A program made the position numbers and the translations under genes. From Selaginella moellendorffii (lineage: Eukaryota > Plantae > Lycopodiophyta), in NCBI RefSeq assembly GCF_000143415.4, contig NW_003314426.1, positions 1 to 64,000 on the forward strand: a stretch of 64,000 nucleotides of DNA. The letters are read 5' to 3'. Position 1 is the stretch's first letter; the number at the start of each line of letters is the position of its first letter. Below, one piece after another: positions 48,618-61,800 of the stretch. Below the pieces are notes generated by a model. That model did not search any database and had not been told where the DNA came from. It saw only the letters and a program-made list of their open reading frames with translations.

Positions 48618-51600
48618 AAATCATTATGACCGCCATATTCAGTCTCCTCGCCATTGGCACCAACAGTGTTGACATTCTCATGGCCATCATCTTTGTCATT
48701 CGGCATGTCTTCATTGTTGCCTCTTGTAGCTTCTTGGTGGGTTGGTGTATAATTTGGCATCTCTAATTCCCAAGGACAAGCTTGCTTTATTGCCGCTGGA
48801 AACTTCATTGTTGTCGGGTACATGCCTCCATCTCTCACACCATGCTTTAGGAGTCGTGTGCATACCAGTGTTTCGAGAGGAATACCTCTATATTAGAGAT
48901 ACCTATAATAGAATATAAACAAATTGAGTATAGTTGAGAAATTGTATGTTACCTAAAAGCCGCTCGACGCATGAAGTAAAGTTGGCCAAGTTGTTTATCA
49001 AATGGAGTCGTGCTTGTGGCCTTCTTTGGCAGCCAGTCCTCTCCGAGTTTTATAAGCTTAGTGGTGATGAAGTCCTTGAATGGAAATTGCTCAAGATCAT
49101 CCCCTATAAAAGGTGCTAGACACATCTCCCCTTCATATACAGTTAGTGAAATGTAGACGGTCCTCCTCATCACAGTCTCCATTATACTGTCCAAACCTTT
49201 TTCTCCTTCCCTGAGTCTGTTATTAAGGTTGTTGAGAATGTGTATCTATTCCTCATATGTAAGCTTTGACTTTGAGATGTTGTAAATAATCTCATCTGGA
49301 GTCTTGCCCACTAAGAAATAACTTTTGTGAGTAACCTTCATGTAAACGCAAACAATACTTACTTTCATGACAAGAAATTTCTATTATAATATCAAACCAC
49401 TCCTTTGGGCGTCGAGGGTCAGCCACACTAAGTAATTTCTTTTCCTTTGTCTTCTTTGTGTTGTTGATTTTCTTGTCAATTGTAGCTAATGCTCCAATAG
49501 TTCTTGATCATTTTCAGCTCGATACGATTGTGCATATGCATCTTGCTTAACCTTCACCAATAGCTGAAGATAACACAAACATTCTATGATAAGAAGTATA
49601 CTTGGAAAAACATACCTTACTCCACACAGCTGTTATAAAAGCTATTGGATTCTTGTACCATCTATTAGCATCTTGACGACCTTGATGATGCCGAATAAGT
49701 GATGCTAAATCATCACCATAGTGGCTGCAGACTGCATCCTCGTCGAGATTGGCAAGAAACCGGATTTGCTCAATATCATGTACTAGGCTTCGTTTCTGCA
49801 CTGCAAACTATCCTAACTTGCAAAACACATCTTATTTCAGAAAGTTTTCTTTGCCAACATTTTGATCTTTCTCTCAGTTCTATTTCATTGGAGGCTGTGA
49901 TTTGCAACAACATTGGTGTAGTTGAACAATTGGAGTTTCTTCTTTTAGGTGTAGGTGAAGGTGGACAACATTGGGATTTGCAACATTCCAAGTCAAAGGA
50001 GATTCGAGTTTTTGGATCTCCAATCAAAGTGCGAGGCTGCAATCCTGCCAAAGTGAATGTGAAGCAAGATTCAGTCGTCATCATTTCTTCCTATTCTAGT
50101 TCTAATGAAGATTTTAGTCTAGTGCGAGCTAAGAATTTCCAAACTCGAACTACACCGATATTCAAAGTTGGTTGCAATGCTTTCCAGTTTTTGCACCTCT
50201 CTATCGACGTGTGTTCCTTTCCGAATAGGCCTGTTAGCGAGCTCCCATCTACATACAATGGCAATATCTTCTTTGAATTACCACTTTTTGTCAGCTCAAA
50301 ACAAAAGGGGATAGAGACGAAACAGGACTTTCACAACTAGTGCAAGATTAAGACCACACATTTCCAGCATTTCAAAGGCACAGTGTCCATGGTTCATTGT
50401 GGTGGGTATTTGGATTGTGTGAATAAAGCATGCAATTGAGAGCGTGGTAAAAAACTCCATATTTTTTGAAGGATCTACAACCAATCCTCCCATCTGTGAC
50501 ACTATTGGTGTTGGATTCAAGTGTCAGTTTTGCAAGAATGCTCCATTGTGTTGTGCCATCTACGGGGCCAAAATGTACTATTTTCTTCCATGGGATGGAG
50601 AGGCTAGTAGAGCTGCAGTATATTGGCATGCACACACATCCAATGCAGGAAGGGATACAAAGGAGTTCAGTCAACCGTTTCAAAGATGCAATGCAAATAG
50701 TGACTGTAAGAAACTCATCTATAACTCTAAAGCATATTCAAAAGACAGTGCTTAAGGATTTTATCACAAGCACTTTACTTGATCTAGACTGCAAGAATAC
50801 TCAACTGGATGAGACTAGCTTGCGGGAGTTACTACGACATGTGCAACTTGCAACTAGCCTCAGGAGGTATGAAAATATTATTACATACTTTTCAATAATA
50901 TCTCTTTTACATTTTGTTTTATTTAGGATAAAATCTTGGATGTGTGAATCTCGAGAGGGGAAACTCCAATAAAAAATCAACTCAATCCTTGAACTAAAAT
51001 GGATTTATCCCTACGAGTTTATCCACTTTATCAAGCCAGATTTCCAATTAGCATTTAAAGAGTTGTGCAAACAATGGCAGGCTGCACCTTCTGAAGAAGA
51101 GCACGAGGCAAAAACAAACAAAATCTGAATGTGGTGGCATAAAAATAGCCATACTGACGTAAGTTGTCTACCACAACTTGAGTCATGGTTGAGGTGGTGG
51201 GAAGTTAGAATGTTCCAATGGGGATATCACTCTTTTTAGATTGGTTTTTCTTTTTTTCCTCTCTTTTTATTGCTTTTTAATATCATCTTTTTATAAGGAT
51301 CAACTACTTAAAGATCTTGCATACACCCCAACTTTGAATCTCTCAGAGAGTAAATATTGGAGCTGGCGTTCCTTTGAGGCAGGGAAAGGGAAAATGAGTC
51401 TATATGAAGCATGTCTATCAAATTTGATACACGCTGTAGAGCAGTCTTCAAAAGCCTTGGCATTTGAGGAAGGAAGATACATAGGAATAGGACTTTCGGT
51501 TAAGATGTTACAAGAAGAAAGTGACTCCACCAGCACAAACAATGGCAACTGCAGTGGAGGAAGTGGTCCGTGGAACATCTATGGAGTACACTCCTCGGGC

Positions 51601-53132
51601 TTCTATTGGTGATATGAAGACCATCCGCTCAAAGCGTCACTTTTCCTTTGCTGGTGAAGATGTTAGCACAGATCTTGGAGCAAAAAGCTCTCACAAGCTT
51701 GATGTTGAGTATCATTCTGCTCCAAGACATCACCCCCCAACTGAGCCACCTCAAGTGGCTAATGAAGAAAGTGCATCACAACAAGTTGAAATTACTTATC
51801 ATAGCGTAGAGCAGAAGCAATGGGCAATCCATCGAGTGCCAGCAAAATCAAATGTAAGGTGTGTGGGGATACTTCCGAGGGGCAAGTGTTGGGCTTGGAT
51901 CTGTGGTAACAAGTCTGCTTCTATTCCAGCCCCATATTTCCATGGGGAATGAAAGCAAGTAAAATTTTCAAGATGGTGTTGGTTATATTGCTACAACATT
52001 GATGTCAACCATACAAAGTGGCTTGAAGACACTATAGAGACTAAACCTGATGCAGTACCTAAAGAATGGCCAGTTGCTAATGGGGTTGCGCTCACCTCGG
52101 ATGAGATTGAAAACCTTGAGAAATCTGGTTTTAATCTTGAAAGGTAAGGCAGTTAAATTTATTGGTACCATCTCCAAGTAGAAGCAAGGTAAAATAAACT
52201 TGGCTCAAACACTTGAGTATAAGATTCTCTCCACGAAGTACATCATTGCGTTTGCAAAGGAGTACATAGTCAAAATAAAAGGTGGAAAGTACACAATTGC
52301 CATTCAAGACTTTCCTTTTTGCACATGTTCAAACTTTACGAAATGCGAGGAATATGGGAAGGCATATGCTTCTTGTAAGCATATGTACTACATCTTCATC
52401 AACATCTTACACCAAGATCCTAAAGTGGATATTCATATACACCAAGCAAGCCTTACTATTGCCGAGTTGCAGAAAACTTTTGGAGCTAATTAGATTTTCC
52501 AGCACTATCGATGTTTATTCTCTATCAATAATATAAATTAATTATACCTTATATAATTAATAAAAATATTTTATTATTTCACTTTTCATTTCATATACTT
52601 GTGAGGGTTCTTTTCGTAATACTACCCATAGTATTCGTGAGTCTCCATTTTTGTCTTTATCATCTCAAAAAATATTTCATAGTAGTCTTTTGGGTGCGTG
52701 ATGTTGCAATGTATTGTGAGAGCATATGTACTATCATAGTTGTGTTTTTTCCCTTTCAAATGATTATATGTCCTTATATATAATCTTAATTCAAATTTAA
52801 TAATTTTAAAATTCTAATGAACCTGACATTTACTAGCTAGAAAGCACAGAGTACAAATTTAAAGAAGTGACAAGAATACTTTTTTTGCAAACATTTTATT
52901 TTATGTTCTAACAAACGTCTCTATCATTGCATGTAGTAAATATTTAAATTATTAAAACAAGAAGTGTCCTTTAGAACATTTTTATCTATATAATATATAA
53001 AGAGTTATGAAATTATTAAGTTCACCATAACTTTAAAATTTTAAAGTTTATAATGTTTGTACTAAATTGCAATTGAAAATTGAGCTCAACTCGTGAGCTC
53101 AACTGTTCTACTCGTGAGCTCAAGTATGGTCT
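48618..53132. mobile_element. MULE-like transposon, copy 3 (centre deleted)
   Basis: 48618-49829 matches accessory gene 11885-13095 reversed, fused directly to the transposase 5' part. Terminal motif 53078-53132. Confidence 0.82.
49830..52493 (+). pseudogene. Transposase copy 3 (D1-D2 region deleted near 51025; GCM-like domain, E motif and SWIM retained)
   Basis: ORFs 49699, 50444 (GFKCQFCKNAPLCCA), 51241 (LNLSESKYWSW), 52200 (FCTCSNF...SCKHMYY). Confidence 0.82.
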
Positions 53133-54024
53133 GCACTCTGGATCAGGAAGTTATTAATTATTTTTGTTTTATTTCTAATCTAGATGTAATATAAAATAAA
53201 TAAGGAAGTATACAGTAACTTAAAAATGAATTTTGCTTACAGCATTATTTATTATATAGCTAGCAATATAATAATAATAATAAATAAATTTGCTCTAAAT
53301 TATAAATAAATTATAAGAAAATATGTCTCTGATATATTATTTTTCAATTATAGTTAATCACTTGGATCCCTTGGAAATGATGAACTTGAAAAGATTACAC
53401 AATGGCTAGTGCAAAATTTGTTTTAGAATCTTGTTGTAGAGTAACTAATAGAGCAACAATAGTATGCATAGCATTTTTAGTTTACTTTAGAAAATATAGT
53501 GTAAAGCATATACCTAAAATATTTAATATATAATAAAATATTCCTCATTCTAAGGGTTATAATTTCTTGCTGTTAAACTTTTCTATAATTCATTTTTATC
53601 AAGATTTAATTCTAATATTCTTGGGGGATGGGGAGGGGGGGCAGCTTCCTATTTACTCCACTAGCTAACATGGTATGGATCTTAAGCTTAGACCTAAGCC
53701 AAATGTAAAATAAAGATAGACACACCTTTAATATCCTTGCGCTAGACCATTAATATGTTGAAATAATGATTTAGCTTTGTTTTACATGTTTGTTTTAATG
53801 TTGGGATGCTAAAAGTTTTAAGACTATTTTAATGTTGTTTTGTGCTCCTGTTTCATCGCTCCTTAGTTGCATATTCAAGAGTTGTTCCATACTTTTATTT
53901 TTTTGTTCATTAGGCATATGCTTAGAAGTTTGATTCTATCATTTTGTTTAGTGGCCTAAGGCCCTAAAACTTAGGTGTTGCCCTTAGCACACATATCTCA
54001 AAAGTTAGGTCTGTTCCATTGCTA

Positions 54025-54544
54025 NNNNNNNNNNNNNNNNNNNNNNNNNNNNNNNNNNNNNNNNNNNNNNNNNNNNNNNNNNNNNNNNNNNNNNNNNNNN
54101 NNNNNNNNNNNNNNNNNNNNNNNNNNNNNNNNNNNNNNNNNNNNNNNNNNNNNNNNNNNNNNNNNNNNNNNNNNNNNNNNNNNNNNNNNNNNNNNNNNNN
54201 NNNNNNNNNNNNNNNNNNNNNNNNNNNNNNNNNNNNNNNNNNNNNNNNNNNNNNNNNNNNNNNNNNNNNNNNNNNNNNNNNNNNNNNNNNNNNNNNNNNN
54301 NNNNNNNNNNNNNNNNNNNNNNNNNNNNNNNNNNNNNNNNNNNNNNNNNNNNNNNNNNNNNNNNNNNNNNNNNNNNNNNNNNNNNNNNNNNNNNNNNNNN
54401 NNNNNNNNNNNNNNNNNNNNNNNNNNNNNNNNNNNNNNNNNNNNNNNNNNNNNNNNNNNNNNNNNNNNNNNNNNNNNNNNNNNNNNNNNNNNNNNNNNNN
54501 NNNNNNNNNNNNNNNNNNNNNNNNNNNNNNNNNNNNNNNNNNNN
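54025..54544. other. Assembly gap (N)
   Basis: Run of N. Confidence 1.
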
Positions 54545-57239
54545 GTTTGGCGTGGTTGACCAACCTGAAACATTATCTAACTTCTTATTAGGTATGTTTA
54601 TTTTTGTTTTACATTTGGCTTAAGTTTAAGCCCAAACTTTGTACTATATTAGCTGGTGGAATATTTTTATGTTAGGCCACCATTATGTTGTCATGATGTC
54701 ATTAAGCCCAATACTATTCAACCTTAGGTATTTAAACTAAAGGACACTTAACTCTAAATATTTTGAAACCTTTAATTGATTGAAAAAAAGGGGTACACTT
54801 TTATTCATCCCTTTATATTTAAACTCTATAGATCATCTATTAAGTCATTCCCTTTAGTTATTTATAATTCATTATGTTTCTCTATAAGTTCTTTATAGAT
54901 GCAACTTTCTTGACACTGTACAAGTCAAGCCTAATTGGAATAAATTAGACTTGCTAAATGTTAATCTCAACATATGGTATAATTCCTCTAGCCAACTGAA
55001 AGTCAAACCCAAGATCCCTCTAATACTAAATGTAAGCTCATAAATTTAAACTTTTTGGGAGGTCATCCAACTTAGGTTATTCAAACCCAAGAACATTTAA
55101 CCCCAAGTATTCCAAGACCTCTAACTGATTAAAAAACAGGTTACACTTTTATTTATGGGCCCTTTCCCCTTATATTTGAATATCATATATCATTTCTTGA
55201 GTCATTCCTATTAGTTGTTTACAATATGTTTCAAGAGATATGGTCATTTTATAATAATTAACTATAGGCTATAAGGTGAAAATCATATGTATTACATATA
55301 TAAAGATGATTTTGTTGTGAAATATATATATAAAAAGATGATCATGCAAAGTAAAAGAGTATCCATAACAATCAAAAGTTGGTAATATACTCATGTTTAC
55401 AATACAAGCAATAGACAAAATATTAGTGTGAAGGGATGGAATTATAAACTTTTAAATTTAAATTTCTTGGGAAGTCATCAAACCTATTACTACTCAACTA
55501 AAAGATATGTATTAAGTATTCCAAAACCCTTAATTGATTGGAAAATAAAATACACTTTTGTTCATAAGCCTTTTCCCTTTGTATTTAAATCTTTACATAT
55601 CATTTCTCAAATTATTCTTTTTGGTTGATTACAGAAATATAAAAAACTCTCTTGAGAAAAAGAGAGTTTTAAATTTGTATCCTAAATAACTTGGATAATC
55701 ATAAAGGAATTCAAAGTACTCAACCATATATTATGTGGCATCAGAGTCAACGTTAAGAGTAAAAGAAGAACTAATAGTCAATAAAACACCAGTAATATAA
55801 GCATGATAAGAATCCTTAGTTAAAGACAAAATAGGAGAAGATGATTCATCGATAGTAGTATATACTTGTTGCTGTTATCCACTAGAACTAGTAGCAATAT
55901 AAGCTTAAGGGAGTTGCCATGGATGAAGAATAACATGAGAAATTGAACAAGTATTATTTAGGTATTGATAACAAAATTAAAAAATATGGTTAGAACGATA
56001 ATAAAACCCAGAAGATTGATGATAAAGGCATGCTTATCAACCATAATTATAACAACTATTGCCCAAACCACCATAAGAATGAAATGAATTTTTTAAAAAA
56101 GAGAACCACTTATTTGAAACATGAGCATTAATAGATGGTGACTGAGAGTAAAGTGTCGGGGGAAGCATATTGAACAACAATTCTAATCACAAATTGCAGT
56201 ATGAGCAATCTTAAAATTATAATGATCATTCATCATAAGATTAGTAACCACAATAGAATACTTTAAAGGAAGAGTGTTCAAAAACCAAAGAAAGCAATCC
56301 TCAAGGGTAAGAGTCATATCTCAGCTGTAAGTCTAGTTATATCATATAGCCTTTGTGATATTGCTTGGATCTATAATTCTTAGGTGAAAACTTGATGAAG
56401 TTCTTTGGTGTAGTTTGGATTGCGATTGCGACTAATTGCGCTAGTCTGCTGTTGTAGTTGCAAAATGACAAAGGGCTTTTGATGTCGTTGATCTTGTGTT
56501 GGTACAGTAATTCTTGCCCTAGAACAAAATACCAAACACAAGAATCAATTAAAAACTAACTTGAGATCTTCAATGCTCAAGAAGGCTCATGCAAATGGTT
56601 GTGAGTAAGGATAGGCTTGATATTACTAGAATACTCCAAGTCGTGAGAAAATGGATGTGCATTAGTCATAAACTGGAATACAATAGAGAAGTGCTAACTC
56701 TCCCCCTTAATTACTCTTACATGGTGGCAACTGCCACTTCTTCATGAGTCATGACTGTCAACTACGAAGCTCTACACTTTTTTTAGCGAGCTGGTCATTG
56801 ATGCATTGTGTTTCTGCACATACTGTCCTCTAGGACATAACTCTAGAGTTAGGATTTTGCTCTTTGCAATGGAGTGTCAAGTTTGAGTCCTTGTGGTAGC
56901 TTTCTTGAGTTTTTTCTTTGTTGGTGTGGTAGTGTTGGAGAAGCTTGCTTCGTGTTAGTCTTTGGCATGTTTGTTAATGAGTCTTAAGAGATTTGTTAGT
57001 ATCTAAGTCTTGTTTTTGGTCAAAGTTCTTCAAATTATTATTTTTCTTCATGTTGTTTTCTTGAATTTGATTTTTCAGAGTTTTTTCTTGTGTTGGATTT
57101 TTGAATTTGAGCTTTGTGTTTTTTTATTGTGTTGAGTTCTTAAACTTTTACTTTGTAAATCTTAAATGTGTTGAAATTTTGAGTTTGAGTCTTTATAGTT
57201 TTGATCTTTTGATCTTCATGCCTGTAGTTCTTCTTGATA

Positions 57240-58839
57240 TTTCATTCTTGATTTTCAAAACTAAAACCTTCGTTTCTTTCAAGATTGTTGTTGATGATGT
57301 TTGAGTCGTATGATTGGTATTTCTTAAGCTTGTTAAGTTTGACGGTTTGGAGATGTTTGTCATTGAATGTTGCGATTGTTCCCATTCTTGGAGCTTTGAA
57401 TTTTTGAATGAAGAATGGTCCTTCCCATCTTGACTTCACTTTCAAGCCGATTTTCTCAATGTTTTTTAGAAACCAAAGTACTTGATCATTGATCTTGAAT
57501 TCTTTATTTTTCTTTAATTTTCTCTTTTAGTCATGGTTAGATTTTCTTCAAGCTTTAATGGCTTCGAGTGTCTAAATTGCTTATAGTTTTTCTTTATCAA
57601 GTTTTTCTAGTGTGACTAGTTTTTTTTTAATTGATTCTTCTTGGTTGATCTCGTAGTGTATTGCCATTCACAATGAAGGACGATGTACTTGAGTGGTGTT
57701 AGGGCTTCTAAGTCATAGGCAAGCTTGAATAATGTCGAATTTGTTGAAACCTTGTATGTTGTTCAATATACCCATAAGGTATTGTAAATATGATTGTCCC
57801 AATCTTTCTAATTTATTTTTATGATTTTCTTGAGGATGTTCTTAAGTGTCTTGTTTGTCAACTCTGTTTAACCGTTGCCTTGAGGGTAGTATAGTGTTAA
57901 AGCCTTATGCTTGTTTCTCTTGAAACTTGTTATGAGTAGTCCAAAGAAGTCAAGTCTCTATTGTTAAAATGGTTCCAGTGATGTTGTTAGATGAAGCTCT
58001 TGAGTTTGTTTCTTTGATGTGTACTTGGTTTGTTGACAAATGTTGCATTCTCGACAAAATTTTACTAAGTTATGCCAAAGTGTTAGCCACCAGAGTCCTA
58101 CTTGCAAAATCTTGTGAGCTGTGATTTCTTCTATGAAGTGGCCTCTTGCTTGTCCATAGTGGGCTTCTCCGAGTCGATCTTGAGTTCTTCAAGTTGTACA
58201 CATCTTTGTAGCACATTGTCTCGTTCATTTTTGTACAATCTTCCTCCCACGACTGAATACCTTAAGGCAAATTGTTTACGGTGATTAGAGATGGAGTATC
58301 AATTTGGAATTATTGTTGTTATGAGGTAGTAGTAGATGTCATTCGTCCATGTTGATGATGTGTGGATGCAAAGTATGTTGGAGTCAGGAAAGTCGTCCAT
58401 ATTATATTTTAGTTGTTCACTAGTTGTAATGTAGCTAAGGTGGTTGGTTTATACATGTTGTTTGCCAGGTTTGTGAATAATCTTGAAGTTGTATGCTTGA
58501 AGTAATAAGAACCATCAGGCAATTCTACCGGTGAAGATGGTTTTGTTGAGGAGATGTAAAAGTGCTTTGTAGTTAACAATGATCTTGACTTTGGTGTCGA
58601 GTAGGTAGTGTCAAAACTTTTATAGTGCATAGACCATTGCTAAAACTTCTTTTTTAGTGGTGGTGTAGTTCATCTCAACTGAGTTGAGTCTTCAACTCGC
58701 ATAGTAAATTGGTCGGTCTTTGAGGTTTTATTGTTGTTGAGAAAGTATTGCTCTGATGGCATAATCAAAGGTGTCAATGTGTATTGAAGTCTTTGTCCCA
58801 GTTTGGTTGGGTGAGTATTGGAGCCCTTGTTAAGGAATT
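57240..58839 (-). pseudogene. Degraded older Ty3/gypsy RNase H-integrase relic
   Basis: Minus strand gives EMNYTTTKKEVLAMVYAL (~58630-58685), YYPQGNG*TELTNKTLK (~57840-57895) and KSRWEGPF (ORF 57242-57445). Confidence 0.75.
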
Positions 58840-61800
58840 TGTTAGGAACCCCCCAATTCTTGCCACATTCCTGACTCTCGCCAGATTCTTGACCCACAGA
58901 CCACATTCCTGACTCTCAAGACACGACCACATTCCTGACTCTTAAGACACTTCCCTATTCCTGACTCTTTGATTTCCTGTATGATTCTTGATTCTCGAAC
59001 CACATTGCTGATGATGATGTGGCACCTCCTCGACCTCAGTTATATTTAGATTGTCCTCGATCCAAGAGTGCTGAAGCTTCATCAACCTATAGTATATATA
59101 GGTTAGCCTTGTTCCATTTCTTCACAATCTGAATCAACACTAGTCTAAGGCTTTTTCTTTGTCTCCACTAGCTTTTCTCTTTGTCTTTTGCATTTTCCAG
59201 TCCTGATCTTATTAGGGGTCTTGACAGTTTGATTCAAATTGTGCTTTCTGCTTTTGCTTTAGCTCATTTTGATTGTTTGATTGCATTTGACTTTTTCCCC
59301 CTTTTCTTTCTTCTTTGCTGATGGAGTCTCCAAGCCATCTTGATTTCTTTGTTAAAGTCCTTGCAAAAATCCAGTATGAGAATACCGAGCTGAAGGCGGC
59401 CCTTCTTCACATGCAACAGAAGCTTGCTTCACTTTCGGCTCAAGGATCAAGCAGAGTTCTTGAACCGAAGATGAGTTTCCCAGTGAAGTTCTCAGGCAGG
59501 CGTTCAGAGCTTCGCGGATTCCTAAACCAGATGCAGTTGATCTTCGCACTTCAACATCAGCGGTACCCCACTCCTGAGTCTCAAATTGGCGCGATTGGGA
59601 CATTGCTCAAAGGTGCATCTTTGTCATGGTTTTCTCCTCTCCTGGAGAAGAGCATGAAAGGGGTCGTGGTTCTGGAGCTGATGGATCTTCAGTTGTTCAA
59701 AGAGGATCTTGAAGCATGTTTTGGTGAGATAGATCGGGTTTGGGCTGCCACCACAAAGATGAGATGTCTCTCTCAGGGGTTTCGTCTTGCCTCAATCTAT
59801 GCTACGGAGTTCCAACTCCTTGCCTTGGATACTCAATGGAATGAGCGGGCCTTGATTGATCAATTTCGTTTTGGCCTCAACAACAGTGTCAAGGATTTGT
59901 TGCTCACCATGGAGGATCCCACAAACCTGTCAGATGCCATCAACAAAGCTATTTGATGCGACAATCATCTCTTTGAACGTTGTTGGGAAAGTCACCACAC
60001 CACCATTTTCCCGTCCCAGACTCAGGAATCCCAGCTTGAGTCTTTGGGGCATACTCTTGAACCTACTACTCCGGTCCTAATGGATATTTCTGGTACTCCC
60101 CGACTCATCAGAGGGAAGCAAAGTCCTGCTGAGAAGCAAAGTCGAGTATCTCAAAATCTTTGCCTCTACTGTGCCGATCCTAATCACTAAGCAGCTGTGT
60201 GTCCTAAGAAGCCTCCCTAATTGCTCGAGTTCACTCTGCCTTAAGGTCCTATTGCAATCGGGAAACGACCCTGTCCAAACAGAGTAGGAGCTGTCTATTT
60301 GAACTCCCCGAATAAAAACAACTTTTCTTCTTTATCAAACTCCTCACCACCTTTCATTAAAGCCACCACCAATTCCTGCAACTTTCGCATCCTATGTCTC
60401 CTTTTTTTCACCGAACAATCAAGACTCAAGGCTCTGGTGCTATTGGATTTGAGTGTAACTTCTTGCTTCATGGACACGAACTTTGCTACCCGACATCATG
60501 TTCCTCTTTCTCCTACCATATGGGATATGAGGGTTGAAGGCATTGGCAGGCAATTTGTGTCTCCATCTTTTGGACTTAGGGAAACATTGCCCGTTCGAGT
60601 ACATATTGGGTCCACCGTCACTGATATTGCCTTCAACATCATCAACAACAACTCTTCCTCTGTGGTGCTCGGCCTTCCTTGGTTCCAACTGCACCAGCCT
60701 TAGATCTATTGGAAGGAATTATAGCTCGTTTCTCCCACATCAGCATCTCCCATGTCTTCCCCTGTTGTTCATCGAGTCTGAATCAGGAAAAGTTCCCTAA
60801 ACTCAAATTGAGGTTTTGTTCCTAACTCTACAAAGTTTTCACCCTCTTATTTTCCCTCTTTTCCATCTTACATTGAACAGTATCCTTGTCTCATCATTCC
60901 ATTCAGTTATACGCCTCCTCTTATCTCCACAATCACTATGAAAGAACTCCTTCATAGAAAACCTATTTTCCTTTTTGGAATGTGTTTGACAAGAAAAAAA
61001 CTAGTGTATTATCTTATGATTGTCCTATTGATTTACAGGAAGGAGCATCACCTTCGTGGGGGCCTATCTACAGACTATCCCCGTCCGAGTTTAAGGCCTT
61101 TGTAAGCAACCAAAGGGAACGATTCGAGACATAGTCCATGGGGTTCAAATATAGAGGGAAAGGGCCCATGAACAACAGTGCACCCCTTTCTCAAATCGGT
61201 TAAGGGTCTTGGGATATTTGGGGTTAAGCGTCATTGGGTTTGAATAGTACTGGGCTAGGTGACCTCCCGGGAAGTCCAAACTTAGGAGTTTACAGCCCTC
61301 AAAGAGTACATGGACGAGAACCTTGCATCGGGGTACATTCAGCATTCACAATCCCTGGCTGGAGCACCTATCTTCTTTGTCAAGAAGAAGCATGGGAGTT
61401 TGTGGTTAGTCATCGACTGAGGTTTGAACAAGGTGACTGTTCGGAACCATTATCTTTGGAACGCCTCGGTGGTGTGCACTTCTTCACCAAGATTCACCTT
61501 TGTGGAGCATACAACCTGATCCAGATCCGGCCTAGCGATGAATGGAAGACTGCATTCTGAACCCGCTATGGCCACTTCGAGTACACGGTCGTGCCCTTTG
61601 GTTTGACAAATGCTCCAGCAGTTTTCCAACATATGGCGAACGACATCTTTCGGGAGTTTCTTGATGTGATGGTGATCGTCTACCTCGACGACATCCTCAT
61701 CTACTCAAAAACTTAGGAGGAGCACGACGAGCATGTGCGCAAGGTGCTAGTGAAGCTGCGGGAACACGACCTATACGCAAAGCTTGAGAAATGTTCCTTC

